DNA of 53,751 nucleotides, the filler included, from Sphacelaria rigidula (Eukaryota), in the NCBI GenBank assembly GCA_964200075.2. It is 5 parts of 5 records of this genome, joined end to end, with 100 filler letters (N's around TTAATTAATTAA, not from the genome) between each part and the next. Parts side by side here need not be neighbours in the genome. Positions count along the whole stretch, not along the records: positions 32,312 to 42,981 come from CAXNAA020006108.1; positions 43,082 to 53,751 come from CAXNAA020006109.1; 3 more parts are not named here. One strand, 5' to 3'. This document shows, one piece after another, positions 36,831 to 50,000 of this stretch (position 1 is the stretch's first letter; the number at the start of each line of letters is the position of its first letter). A program made the position numbers and the translations under genes. The notes under the pieces were generated by a model. It had not been told where the DNA came from. It did no database searches and worked only from the letters and a program-made list of their open reading frames with translations.

Positions 36831-37899
36831 AGAGGCCTCCGCCAGACACGTCATTCCTAACCAGTCTCATTGGTCGTTCTGGAGGCCCGATCCCAAAAGG
36901 GTTAATAAGGGCTGTGCTCATTGCGAGCGCTGAACGCATGTAAATCGGCGATTTGAGGTCTCGCAACGCACGCTTTGCCTAGGGAACATTTTCAATTCAC
37001 CTTGCCCGAGGGTTCTCTGTATGCCTTCGTTGTGGTGAGGGTTGGGGTAACGGCGTGTCTCAGTACCCTTTTTTTCGGTCGAAAATTGGGGCGGTGGAGT
37101 CGATTTGAGCGAGAAATTCGCTCATTTTTCTCGAGTTGGTCCAAGCGAATTTTCAAGCGTTCGATAAAAAAAGACCGAAATTCGTGAAACGGTACAAGCT
37201 CTCTGTTCGTGTACAGTACAGGCAGTCTGTACTGCCTGCACTGCTTGTGTGCGTGTTCGTACAGGAGGATATAAAAGAGAAGCGAGCAACGTGAAAAGGA
37301 ATTCAGCAACGTGCAGCTTCGCGCTGCCTGCACTGTCCATGAGCGTGCACGCAACTCGGTTGCCCACCGTACCACGCAGTTTCGTCGCTGATCCTTACCT
37401 TGAAAGAAGATGCGCAAGTTTTCGCCAACAAAAAATGAACATAGCATACCCAACTACGGCAGTGTATCTATCGCTGGGCTGAACTCGTGTTCTATGCTGC
37501 AGGGTTGCGGTGGTCGCCGAAAATGATTTGGATGAAGTTTGCATGGTCCTGTGCACAGGTGTAATCTCGCGTGGTGGTCTACAAGATAAGAGTCTAGTGC
37601 CGCCTCGTGCCTTTCGACCGCATGTTTTCGATCGAAAAGGATTATTCCTGTTGTCAAATAGTTTTCTCCGCGCGCCCCTAATTTTAATTTTGAGTTGAAG
37701 CCTTCTAGGAACATAAATTATGTGGACCTATCAGATCGGCAAAGAAAACTCAACCGCATTACGTCGATCGAAAAGAAAAGATACTCAGACACGCCCTGAG
37801 AGTTACTGGGGGTCGTGAATATCTGCGAAAGTTCTACGCCTACCAAGTGGGAAACTAACCTCCAAGAGGGGCTCTTTTTTCGAATACTCGAATACACAC

Positions 37900-38183
37900 T
37901 TTTCTCTGGACTTGACTGGTTTTTACCGTACTTGGACAAGAAGAATTGTTCGGCCGAAATGGAAATCGCGACCACCGGAAAACGGGAAGATGTCCTGGAA
38001 CCGCCTCAACCAGTAGAGCTAGTCATTCCGAGGTGTCAAACTTGATTTTTTTCTAGATCTGACTGTTCTTTACCGTTCTTGGACAAAAAGTCTTGTTTGA
38101 CCAAAGTGAAAACTGTGGCCACCGGAAACGGGAAGATGCTCTGAAACCGCCTCCACTAGTAGAGCAAGTCATTCCAAGGTGTC
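37900..38183 (+). repeat. ~146 bp tandem duplication
   Basis: tttaccgt.cttggacaa..ccaccggaaa.cgggaagatg..aaccgcctc...agtagagc.agtcattcc.aggtgtc occurs twice. Confidence 0.85.
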
Positions 38184-38905
38184 TACGTGCGCCTAGCTCG
38201 CTTTTGGGGCGTGAAACGACGCAAAAGCTCCAAAAAGGCACTTTTCCAGTTTTTCATTCTCGTCTATCATAAGAAGCGACCTCAACGGCATTTTACTGAA
38301 ACCTAGAAATTGAGTATGGCCTTGAACTTATGGAAAAAGAAATCTTTGCGTCTGTAAATTGACAGACCCATTGTTTTTTCATGATTTACAGGCAGTTTAC
38401 TGAAACCTGAAGAGTGAAAATGACCTTTGACTCGTGAGGGAAAAAAAAAACTTCGGATCCGTAAATAATAGGCATCTTGAGCGTGGTGCTGAGGCGCTGG
38501 TATGTCTGTTCGAGGTGTTCAGCCCGCGTGGAGCGCCGCGCCCCAAAGATGAAAATGCGTTACCCTCACTTGCTTCAAAGGCACGAGGGTGTATCCTTAG
38601 TATTGCCCAAAAAAGGCTACGGGGTCCGTATCTCTGTTTCTTTCCACTGGTGCACAGTGCGGGACGGCGCCAGTAGAGTACTGTGCAATCGGGTCGCTAC
38701 ATACAGCCAATATTGTTTTGCCAAACATGGCCTACTACCGACACGTTGCAACACGATACACCGGTATTGTAGTACAAAATCGGGATACAGTTGACTTGTA
38801 GTCTTGTGCCATAGGAAGTGCAGGCACTACTCCATACTGGTAAATGCCCATACTGGTGTACATCTGTAAATGTCCGCAGTACTTACTGTACAAATGTATT
38901 TCCCC

Positions 38906-39311
38906 TAGAGATCGGAAATGGTTTGTCTAACCATTAACCGGTTGAATGGTTACGCGTAGCGCACTCATTAACCAGTTAAATGGTACATGATGGTTTGGTC
39001 ATCAAGCGGCGCAGCTGCCAGCCAAAAATGCCCCCCGGTAGAGGGAGCCCCGCCCGAGGCGCCCCCGGAGGGCCCCGCCGTGCGGAAGGTACGTTTTTAC
39101 ACGATTCGGCTTCACGAGAGCTAAAAAATCTGTTCGATTTGGGCCAATTTTCAAGGGCTGTATGTAGCATACGTAGTCGGTAACGGCTTATAAAGCCGGT
39201 AACGGTAAATAATGGTTTGAAACCATTACCCAAAACTTTCATATAACCATTACCATTATCACCGTTATAATGATGATGACCAGTTATAACTGGTATCATT
39301 TCCGAGCTCAA
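38906..39311. mobile_element. hAT-type MITE with 15 bp TIR and ~8 bp TSD
   Basis: tagagatcggaaatg / catttccgagctcaa; flanks atttcccc / atttcccg; AACCG/AACCA subterminal repeats. Confidence 0.75.
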
Positions 39312-40152
39312 AATTTCCCGCACTACTGTACATACGTAAATGCCCTCGCTAATGTTCATTTGAAGTATCCGCCTTCCTTTACATGTGTTGACGCTCGCAT
39401 AACTGTGTACATACAATTGCCCGCATTTGGCCTGCAAACAATTATCGTTGCACTCTCCGACAAAAACTTCAATTGTGCACGATATATCTCCACCACGGCT
39501 GAAGTAGTCGCCGTGAAACTTGGCGCACTAGCCGGACACAAGACAGACAGCATGTGCATCAGTGGGCGGCACGTTCGGGCGATGCTAAAAAACGAACAAA
39601 GCGAATGCCGATTTGGGGGCAATGCCGTTCATACGCCCTCGACATGGCTTTCCCGCAGCCTAGACCACATGCACCGCCAGTGAGAGCATAATTCAACACG
39701 CTGGTGCACTAACTTCCACATCATGAGCAGCTAGGTGGCTGCTGCGCTGGTAAACAAACAGCGATCTGTACTGGAACAGCCACGTGATGATGACAATTCG
39801 GACATGACTCATCACATGTCGCCTGTAGGGGTGCTCAGTTCGGGAGGCACGGCCATACGCGTGCTGCCCGCGCGGCAACGCGCTGAATTTTCGGCCACAT
39901 TTCATGTGAAGCACAGTCAACAAGCCCATATCGATGAGTCTGAGGTTGCGCGTTGTAGCAGTGCGCAACAGGGTGAAAAGAGGTCAGATTTTGTTCAGAA
40001 AATATGTTATTCATTTATTGTGGCAAAACGCTGCGTTGATTCATTTCTCGGTCCAACATCTGCCGATCTCGGAACGTCCGAGTGAAATGAACCAATCGAC
40101 GGGGAAATAATCTGTGTCCAAGTCTTCGATTTTTCTATATTTTCGAAAGTTG

Positions 40153-40474
40153 AGTCTACATCTGTCGGTATGTGTGGGCGCACCAGCCGGGGTCACACAG
40201 GAAGATCAGCACGTTTTTTGTTTTCACTTTTTTGCTCTCTTTCGGTACGCCACCTTACTTCTGCGGCATTTGCCTTGTTTTTTGTCGCGAGAGGGACTCA
40301 GCGCTCCCTTTCCCTCGTCGACCGTGAAATCGAATTTTGTGTACCCACGAGATGGTCGCTCTCCATTATTGGGCATGGTGTGATGAACAATCCCAGATCG
40401 TGTGACTGCACCGAGATTCGAGCGCACGACCCAACCGTCAGGAGGTTTCGAGGTCACCAACTGAGCTACCGGGG
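40153..40474 (-). mobile_element. tRNA-derived SINE family A, apparently full length; its 3' end recurs at 53693-53751
   Basis: Head ggtagctcagttggt..gctcgaatctc; body matches 1417-1665; agtctac..tatgtgggcgca.cagccg.ggtcacacagga is also present at the window end. Confidence 0.8.
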
Positions 40475-42422
40475 ATATTGGCTCACAGTACGCCCATCTA
40501 TATGTTCACTGGTTGTACAGTTCTGTGGGCGCTAAATGTATTGCCCCTCACTACTCCTAGTCTGTTGCAACGGTCTCGCCTCTCTGCCAAGTCCTGGCGC
40601 GGAAAGAAAGCGGAACACGACTTACAAACTAGTGGTTTTTGTAGAGCACTGGATGGAAGCAGAAGCTGCATGCCAGCCGCAGGTTGTTGCTGCTGCTGCT
40701 GGTTTGTGCAGCACAGTGCTGCCACCGACAAGCGTACATGACTTAAGTAGTCAAAATCTGTCTTCGAGGACTTTTGTAGTATTGTCGAAATTGGTGATTT
40801 ACAAAAAAAAAGATTATTCGCTTGCTTTCGCCCAAAGCGGGGAAGTTTTGATCCCAAAATTTGAGGATCGGGAGATACTAGTATCTGGTTCACATTCCGA
40901 AAATGAAGTATTTTTTGTCCTCAATATTGAGCAACTTCCAGACTGACCGATCCTTGCGGGTCCTGCGACTACACATGTTTTTTTATATCAGTCACGGTCG
41001 GTAACACCCCCCTGACAAACCCGTTCTTTGCTCCGTATTGCTCTGATATAACCAATTTGGGATTTGTGTCCTGAGCGCGACCTGCTTCTTTACCCAATAT
41101 CTATCGAGTCTGGCTCACTCGAGTGCTAGTGAAGATAGTGGGCGAAGATCATCAAAAAGAATATCCGACTAAGACGAAAATTTCCCGGTTCATATGTGTA
41201 AACTACAAGGGTATGAACTAATCCAGATCGTTCTGGTAACAATTGCACAAAAACCTTTTCTTGCATTTCCACCTTTTCATCGCACCAAAGCGGGAAAATT
41301 GTGTTATTGAGACGGACAGAAACATCCCTTCGTCAATTTTCGTCTCTAGTTATTTTTATATATTTTGTCCCATACTAATCTTCTGAGTGCTCGCAAGTGC
41401 TTGAATCGATAGATGTGTCGTGATGATCGGTTGCAAGGAGGAAACTTGAGAAGTTCGACAGCTACGAAAATCCAGGGGTCTACACGTTACACGTTACGTT
41501 CACGGATTTCGACTGGACTGGGTCTGTGTGCTGAACTCGAGCAGGATGTATAACCTTCACGAGGCGGCGCAACTCGAACCGCAGCCGCGCAGGGGAGGCA
41601 TCGTTCGTCAGCTGTCGAAGAAATCGCCGCCCAATCTCATCAAGAGCTTACGCGCGAGGTCCACAGCGCGGAAGGTGAAGAACACCCTGAAATGAAATAA
41701 TTTGGAAAGTTGAAAATTGGAGGGCCAAGAAAACGGGGAGATTTTTCTCCCTGATGTGTTCCTCCTCGCGGTCGATATTAGAGGTTTGAAGACATACCCT
41801 GGTGTTATTCGGATACTTCGAGATGGCCGGGCATGCTGGGCTGCTCCGTATCTATGGTTGTTGGGATGTTGTTTTTGCACTCGTTGAAGAGAAAGGGCGA
41901 ACGCGCACACTGTTTTCTTTCAACCGCCTCCTTGTTGTCACACGGTCAATATAAAAAAATATAACTTGAACACCATAAATTAGAGGTCACCGTCTCGTCT
42001 GACAGTTTTTACACAAAACGGTATGGCCGGGTAACCTGTCTGTGAGTGCGAGTATGCGCGGACGAGATAGATTTCACACGAAAAAAAAAAAAACGCCTGT
42101 CCAGTACGATGACCGGAGCTCAAAAGGCTTCAGCAGCACAAGCTCATAGGGGACCCGAAGTCAAACGCCACAGAAACAGACTAGCCACAATCAACCGGCC
42201 AAACAGGCAATCCTGTACTGTACTGTATGGCAAAACATGGGAAATATTTAGACAAGGCGCCGAAAATGCCCATCTCGTGTTCCGAGTCCATTACCCTGCT
42301 TGTTCTCCGCGGCGTCCGTTTTCCCGGAAAACTAAAAAACACACGTTTTACTTTTGTTCTTGTGCTTTTCTCCATCCTGCTCTGTTCTCTTCCCCACCAT
42401 TTCCACGCTTGACGCCATTCAG

Positions 42423-42863
42423 CAACATAAGAGCGCGATGATCGCGGCGGCCTCCCCTCGGGTCCCCGGAACCCCGCATAAAAAAAAGACAAAAGCGAAA
42501 ACACCAGAGAAAAGTCCCGTCCAGCATTGTCGCGATCCCATAACCCTGGATGACCTCGGCTCGTGGACCTGGGATTTCCGCGCGGCGGAGGCGGCGACAC
42601 CCCCCGTTTCGTGCGGGGGAAGCAGTAGCTGTTCGAAAAACGGTGGAGGAACGAGTACCGGTTCGTGGGGAGGGGGGCCAGGTGAAGGAGGAAAGAAGAA
42701 GAAAGGGGGGAGTGGAAAAGGCCGGAGTGGGACTGGGGGTGGCGGCGGCGGAAGGGGGGGGAAAGGGGGGGCGGGGAGTAAGGCCCCCGTTAGTAGCAAC
42801 GCCGTGGTGAGGTACAATGTGGAGTCGCTGGTGCTATACTTGCTGGAGTCGGGCGATTTCCAG
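42423..42863 (+). CDS. Coding exon of an uncharacterised protein (DPITL...YNVESLVLYLLESGDF; Gly/Lys-rich insert); rest of gene beyond scaffold end
   Basis: Acceptor cattcag| at 42422, in-frame ATG at 42438, donor cag|gtttgt at 42863; GC-rich open frame. Confidence 0.7.
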
Positions 42864-43433
42864 GTTTGTCTTGGACGTTTGTGCGTACATGGGTTTTGCT
42901 GTTGTATCGTGTTGAGTGTTTCATGGAGGAGTGTACTCATGATCTGACATGCCATAGCCATATGACCATTGACCTCGCATCNNNNNNNNNNNNNNNNNNN
43001 NNNNNNNNNNNNNNNNNNNNNNNNNTTAATTAATTAANNNNNNNNNNNNNNNNNNNNNNNNNNNNNNNNNNNNNNNNNNNNCCTTTCGAGACGGAGCAAA
43101 CCGGTTGGGGGGGGGGGGGGCTATCATAGAAAATATCTGATACAAAAAAGACGCAGACACACCTGTCACGAAGTCAATTCATTCACCCCTATGCAGTGAC
43201 AAACGCCCACCCTTCATAACTGAATTCCCTCTAAAGTCAAGATGTGTCGTTCCTCGTGGGACAGGAGCTCATGATTCTGGGCGCGGTTGACAAACAACCA
43301 CCAACCACCAACCACCAACATTTCTTTACGGTTAAGCTGCTCAGGTTCTTTGAGTGGGACTACTGTTGTGAATTCAACATAAATTCCGTAACCAAACTCC
43401 AGTATCCGCCGCGCCTTGGTGGTCAAATAAGTA

Positions 43434-43985
43434 CAGTAGTGGGCGGTCCAACTATTCATTTCATGGTATTTTGTGATTTTTTCTTGATTGGCGATTTTCT
43501 TGGGCTCTTTTCGCTCGGCACCCCTCATCATATCGAGAATCTGAGGATATTTGTATCCTCTCCACATTCCAACAAGAAAAAAACATCTGTACTCAATATT
43601 GAGTGACTTACGGGCTAACCGGTAATCGGGGGTCCTGCCACGTTTCAGCCCAGAATCTTACTCTTCTGTATTTTCGGTCCATCGAGCCCGTCCCGCTTAT
43701 ATTTGCAGAGAAATATACAGTTTTATTTTTTTTTAATTCTGCCTACTCAGTGCACTAGGGCCAAAAAACTGTGTTTCACGGTCAATAACACCCTTTTGAT
43801 AAACGGGATACTTACTCGTTTCCCCCGATAACACCAAGTAACACTGACTTGGGCACTGCGTTTCGAAGATGATCAGTTTTGTTCTACCAAAATCTACCGA
43901 CGCTAATAATTTCGAGTTCTATCGAAGAGTAGTAGGCGAGGAAAACCCCGAAACACCCCAAAAATAGTTAGACCGCCCACTACTG
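43434..43985. mobile_element. Tc1/mariner-type MITE in a TOR intron
   Basis: 23 bp TIR cagtagtgggcggtc(c/t)aactatt with TA on both sides. Confidence 0.85.
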
Positions 43986-44061
43986 TATGCCATTCACAGG
44001 CCTGTTTAGGAGGATACTTAGATTCGACTTGCGGCAGAAAAAAAAAGAAGCCAGTACGCAC

Positions 44062-47000
44062 CTGCAGGGTGCGCAGGAACTTGTGGATCTTGACGCAGGT
44101 CCCGTCGACGCGGTAGGTGCCGGGCACCGCCAGGGAGAGGCCTTGCGCGTTCAGCAGGTTGGGGCTTACACGCGACAGATCAAGCGCCGACATCTGGAGC
44201 GCCGAAAACCACATACGAGATCATGCCCTCGCGTTTAGGTTTTTCAGCAGTCAACAACAGATATTTTCGGCTTTCGTCTATTCAAGACTTCATGGTGGAC
44301 CCCCAACACGTGATGCGTGACGCGTTACGGATCTAGCGGCGACAAAACTCGCACCCGACGGGAGAGCATGCGTGCAAGAGTCATCACAGAGGCACAGATC
44401 CACGAGACTGAACGATGAAGACATCGATTGTCAACGAAGATAGTTGTAGGATGACGTATCACGTCTACACGAGCACGTACCAGTTTTCATCACCATTGGA
44501 GGAAAACATGTTGCAACGAGTAGACAGCACAATGGATATCGGCTACAGAACTTGGCATTGCGGCAGTTGCCTTGTTTTCTGCAAACACTGGTGCATGCGT
44601 GCATAACAGGGAGGGACGGCACACGCTGGAACCGAGCAGTTCCACCATAACGCCTCACACTGAAATCTATTTTCAACAGAGTTCAGAGAGCTCGAAATGT
44701 CGAGCGTTGGTTCTAAAGAGGCTGTCATGTACACCATATGTAATTTCTTCTGCTGTTTCGCTCGAACCTGGGGTAGCTGCTTGCTGTTGATCTTTCGGAA
44801 CACGCCGTAGTACAATTCCCAGGCCTGGTTGAGAAGGCCGAATGCCTCGCTGCGCATCTTCGAAGCTTCGCTTCCGTCGCCCACCTAGCGGGGTCAACGG
44901 ACAATATCAGTAATAAATCGACGGGCATACCAGGTCAATGATAATGGGGATGATGTCAGGAGGGAACAGATGGGCTTAGAATTTTGGAGTCTGCGATCAA
45001 CTACAGCCGTGGACGGCATTGCGGTTGCGGCAAACGTATCGAGAAAAGGGCCTGCCTCAGCCTCTTTGATATTTCATTATACATGTTCCGAGTTTTCACG
45101 GCTGAGAGTCCCGCTTGCAAAATCATGCATACTGGAGAAGATCAAGCCCGTAGACGTAGGCGGCCGCCGGAATATGTGGGCGCAAACGTGACGAAATATG
45201 GGGAATTTCAGGCAACAGAGTCAACCACCAACTGATCCCGAAGTCCCCTCAAAATTCGTCCAACTGTCGAGTCCCGAATGGCCGCCGGGTTGGGGCAGCC
45301 AAACTTGCGTTTCATGGACTGGTGAGTTTCTTCGACAGTTATTTAATCGAATCAGAGTATCGATTCAATTCGTTCACCTGTGGATTACCACCCAGGCGAC
45401 TCGCCGCCTGGGACAAACGGCCGTTGAAAAGACAGGCCGAATTCCCCGCCACGAGATATATTCATTCCCATTGACCCGCACAGGAGAAGATGTCCGATGT
45501 TCGCCCGCAATGAGGGGAGTGTCGATGGAAGGCAGAGCCGTAGGAGCACCCGTCGACGACAAACAGAGCACAGGATCAAGGACGTTCAATATCACTTGGG
45601 GGTACAACGAAAATATACCTCCATTTCCCGTCAAAAGGGGCAACGCTCAGGATTTCATACCGCGTTTTTTGCCCCACCGTCCTCTACCCCTTTACGCTTC
45701 AACCGCAGGCCTGAATAGAGGCGCTGATCCCCAAACGAAGAAAGCGATGTGGAGTCGTTTGTGAAGAACCGCCGACAACCGCTAAAGTCGGTAAGATGGA
45801 GCATGGACGCCATCAGGCGAATCTCACACACGCACGCAGGGGGGCGTACTCATTTGTTGCTTGCCTTAGTCATTTGACCATTACACGCACGCAGGGGGGA
45901 AACTTCGAACAGCCACATTCACAATATCCCAAAAATCGGCAAAAAATATCATCACAACTCCGGCCAACACACATCACCCTTGTGCTCGTGATACGAGACG
46001 CATCACCCAGCAAGCTGTACCACGACCGTCTCGCTCTTCAACAGAGTTTACGAGGTGCAATGTGATACCGTGGTACATGAAGTACAATACACACACATGC
46101 GGTTGTACTCTACTACACCGAAGTCCACAATAAATTGTATCCGCCTTGTGAAAACGCACTCGAAACATTCACACTTCACGTCACCTCACATCACTTGACT
46201 TTTACCTGGGAGCGCTCGTTGTACTTCTTGATGTACTCCCACGCCTTCGTCAGGTCCTCTCCGAACGTTTTCTACGCGAAACATCAAAGCATCACCATCA
46301 CACCAACCAGGGCACGAACAACGAAGAGCGATTATCATCTCGTATCACACCATCTTAACAAGACTCGGAAGACTCGGATGCAATATGGTTCATCTTGGAG
46401 CATGCAACGACACTCGATTCCAGCATTGCGAATCCCGTGGAAACTAGTCACGCTCAACGCTGATACAGTCTGCTACTCTCTTGACCTCTCCTTACTGACG
46501 ATCGCGATACAAAACTCTTGCAGCGTTGCGGCGCTCATCTTCTCGCCCTAGCAATCGCCACGGCATGTCCCGAATCGCGGCTACGGGAGATGGTGAAACA
46601 GAATCCGAACTCCAAGATCTTGAATCACGTTCCATGGGCTACGTGAAAAATTCTCAAGTTTCAAAGATCCGAGATCTTGCCTGGAAGTGTTCCTCTTCGA
46701 TAGTGGAAGGCCCCTTCTCGAGCTGCTCGTGGAGGGGGGTCACAATTTCCAGCATAGCGTCCACATCATTGTCACCGTGGTACCTGACACGAGAGCCCAA
46801 ATCACAGAAACGAGCTCAAGACGACTATTCAAGGGTGCGTCCATAGTAATACGCACAGCGAACTCGAGTATCCTTGCGGGTCTTGCCTGCGTGTTCATAT
46901 CAAAACAACAAACTGTAGTTCTAAGCACTACATCGAGCATATCCGCCTTGGTCGGTGCGAGTGATGACTACACGCCGTTTTATTGTGTTACTTGTGACTC

Positions 47001-50000
47001 GCAGCCCATACATTGGCTGAGGTCTTAGTGTAGTGCAGGGTTCATATGACTCACAGCCTGGACGCGTCCTCGAGTCCCTCGTGCCACTGCTCATGCCACA
47101 AGATGGCAACTCGGATCAACTCGTTGCTGACCAGCATCGCTTCCTGTCAAATCAAACAGCGTAACCACAGAGGATCATGGCGGTCGCGACTAAGAACCAA
47201 CGAGAAACGAAATGAATGGATAAATCACCCCACTACATTTTCCCACGAAATGGAACGGGGAACGCGGGGGGCAAGGAGTGGTTGAGGTTGACTGCGACAG
47301 TCAAGAACCGCAAACAAGTGGGGCAACGCTGGCGCTCCAGGAGGCAGGGCAATGTCTGAACGTCTACATATTAAATAGCCCCGTCTAACGCTGCCCTCAG
47401 ACAAACATCACGCCTTCATCGAATGGCGTCGTCAATATTCCGTTACAAAACTCAACTCATGGATCGCGTACCTTCACCAGACCGCTCGAGTGCTGCTCCA
47501 TATGCTCCATCAGCTTCTTCGCGGCCTCTCTCCTGTCCTGTTTGGGGCTCTTCAGGGCCACGCTGAGAGGGTTCACCAACGCCTGAAAGCACCACAACAC
47601 CGGGCCATCACCGCGAGATGCAATTATCGAGTCATGATCCATTCTTTTCGGTCATACTTTCGATTTGAATACTCCCGCCCTTCCCCAGGACGGGCTTGTC
47701 ATCTCAAGGGAGCAGATCATCTATCCGCCAGTACTTGGCCTCCACTCGTCCACAAAAAGTAAGAACAGTGCTCTTTACCCTCCGCGCATCCGTTGATTTT
47801 ACTACTGCATTTATAAATGATATATATAATCATGTCTTCACGTTTTAGCAACGACGGGGCCCGAATAGGCGACTCTTGCTGCAGATATTCCGACTCATGT
47901 ATCCGCAAGAACTCTTCGTCATATTGGATTGCTACAACCGCAGTGTGTCATTCAATCGCGCGTTTTCGTGGCATGACGTAGACCTCAAACATTTTGTGCA
48001 GTCACTATCGCACATGATTGAGGTCCTGGTATCATAGCACAACCTTCTTCAAGATGACACTCGTATGATTAGCAGATTGTTGCAGAGTCTGTCCGCGGAG
48101 AATGTTCCCCGTGCTTTACGAACGCCATCACTGACTCACTACAAAAACTGGAACAAAGTGTATCGTGGATTGCTCGTGAATACGTCAATCCGTGAGCTGA
48201 GATACTCTACACCAAGGAGCAAAAGGCAAAAATCAAATATCAAGACAAAAATCACCTGCGGGTGTTTCTTGCCGAGACGCATAAGCAGATTGTGCAAGGT
48301 CTGCTTGCAGAGCATGTTCTGGTGGTTCATGCACGCGATGAGCTGCGGCACCACGCCCAGCCAATAGTCCAAGTTCACGCTGGCAATCCCCTCCTCCTCG
48401 TGACTCAAGACCTCGTGCACCTCGGGAATCACGCCATGCCTGAACCAGATAGTCAACAGGTTCAGCAGGTCCTTTTGGGTAGTGGGCGATAGTGTGAAAG
48501 CAAAATACAAAAACAGCAGGGAGAGCAAGGAATGAAGGGTGAGCCGAAGGGAGCACATTGCACATGTGGACGTCGCTGCAATAGTTCTTTTATGCGACCA
48601 ACTTCGTTTTACGACTAATGTACACACGAGAGCGTCTATATTGTCATCTAGGCCGGATCCGTAACGCATCAGTTCAGACACGATTATCAACGAATGAATT
48701 AATCAACCGATCTATCGACCAATGAATCGATTGAGCAACTAACAACGGGCACGTGTGAGCCCTTTTTTGCCGGCTGGATAGTGGTCTGCCTCCATCACTT
48801 CTTGACAATGGCGTCGGTCGTGCACAGACAGCAGTGTTCAACACAAGGGCACACGAGAGTTTCCTGTTATAATCCCGTTTGGATCGTAATCACTGTGCCA
48901 TGCCGTGTCCCTCAAAAGAAATATCTTGGGAGGCGCGTACTCATTTGTTGCTTGCCTTTGTCGTTCAATCACTGACCACGGATTCCTTCGAGACGGAGCA
49001 CCGCGTAATGGTGGTGCCGATCACGGTTCTACTATACATTACACAAGAACTTTTTACTCATCTTGGGGCACACACAAAAAACGAAGAACGTGAAAAAACG
49101 GAACGCCAGCACATGGCACGATCGCACGCACGCGAGTGTGGCTCACGAAATACAATGCGTGCCCGCGAATACATGATGACGCGAATACCTGTTGCACGAG
49201 AGCACTCCACTTCTTCTTGCCGAGCATGATCGCTTTTATGAAAGCCTTGGCAGCCGTGATGAGACACTCCTTGAACCTCGTGTTCTCTTGAGTAGATATC
49301 CTGCCGCAACACCGAAGCCAACCCAACGACAAGTACAGCACGATATTCACCCTCAAGAATCACGAAAAATAAAAAGGCAATGGAACAGAATCTTGCGAGA
49401 ACATCCACAAAGGAGCACCAACCGAGTCTAGCAACGACCGCCGCGAAATGATGTATTGATAAATCATCACATGAACGCACATTTAAATCTAGCTATGATG
49501 AGCTCAGAACACGGCCGGGCGTGAACGTACAGCACTCAGCACCGCAACAGTAACAACAACCCCGATGGTGGCGGGGAATTTTGACGAGATACGATTCGCG
49601 CTTCACTCGCGCTTCACGAGTAGAAACAGGAAAAAAAAGTAAAGATTGACACATGATGGCAACAATTCACACTCCCGAACCACAGCTAGCAGCACATACC
49701 ATATATCTGCCTGCATCTATTCCATTCGCTCGCGAGACTCACGAGACACACACATGCATCACGACGCTCTGCGCGGAAAATCTTGACAACACCGCAGAAG
49801 AGTCGCACACCGACTTTTACTAAATTGCATGTACAAAAACCGAGCGTACGAACGAAACAATGAAGATATCGACCATGAGGTTATCGCAAATCTGTCCCGT
49901 CACAAACCTGAGAGGTGAAGATCCGGAACCATATCTCAAACCCATCCCCCTTCCCCCGACGGTGCCCGTGCTCCGTGACCGCCGCATGCCAGCGCCAGCG

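Noticed and set aside
41608..41686. Terminal exon of TOR or another gene (VFFTFRAVDLARKLLMRLGGDFFDS*)
   Set aside because: No resemblance to the TOR FATC end, it lies on a different scaffold, and I found no partner exons.
42930..43098. LINE copy continuous across the linker (cgcatc|cctttcgagacgg), implying real contiguity or a kinase-less TOR
   Set aside because: Scaffolds break in this abundant repeat (also at 32211). The missing kinase exons are best explained by the scaffold end.
19060..49003. Strand bias: all LINE 3' ends in one orientation
   Set aside because: The copies lie on four independently oriented scaffolds and several are stacked, so there are too few independent events.
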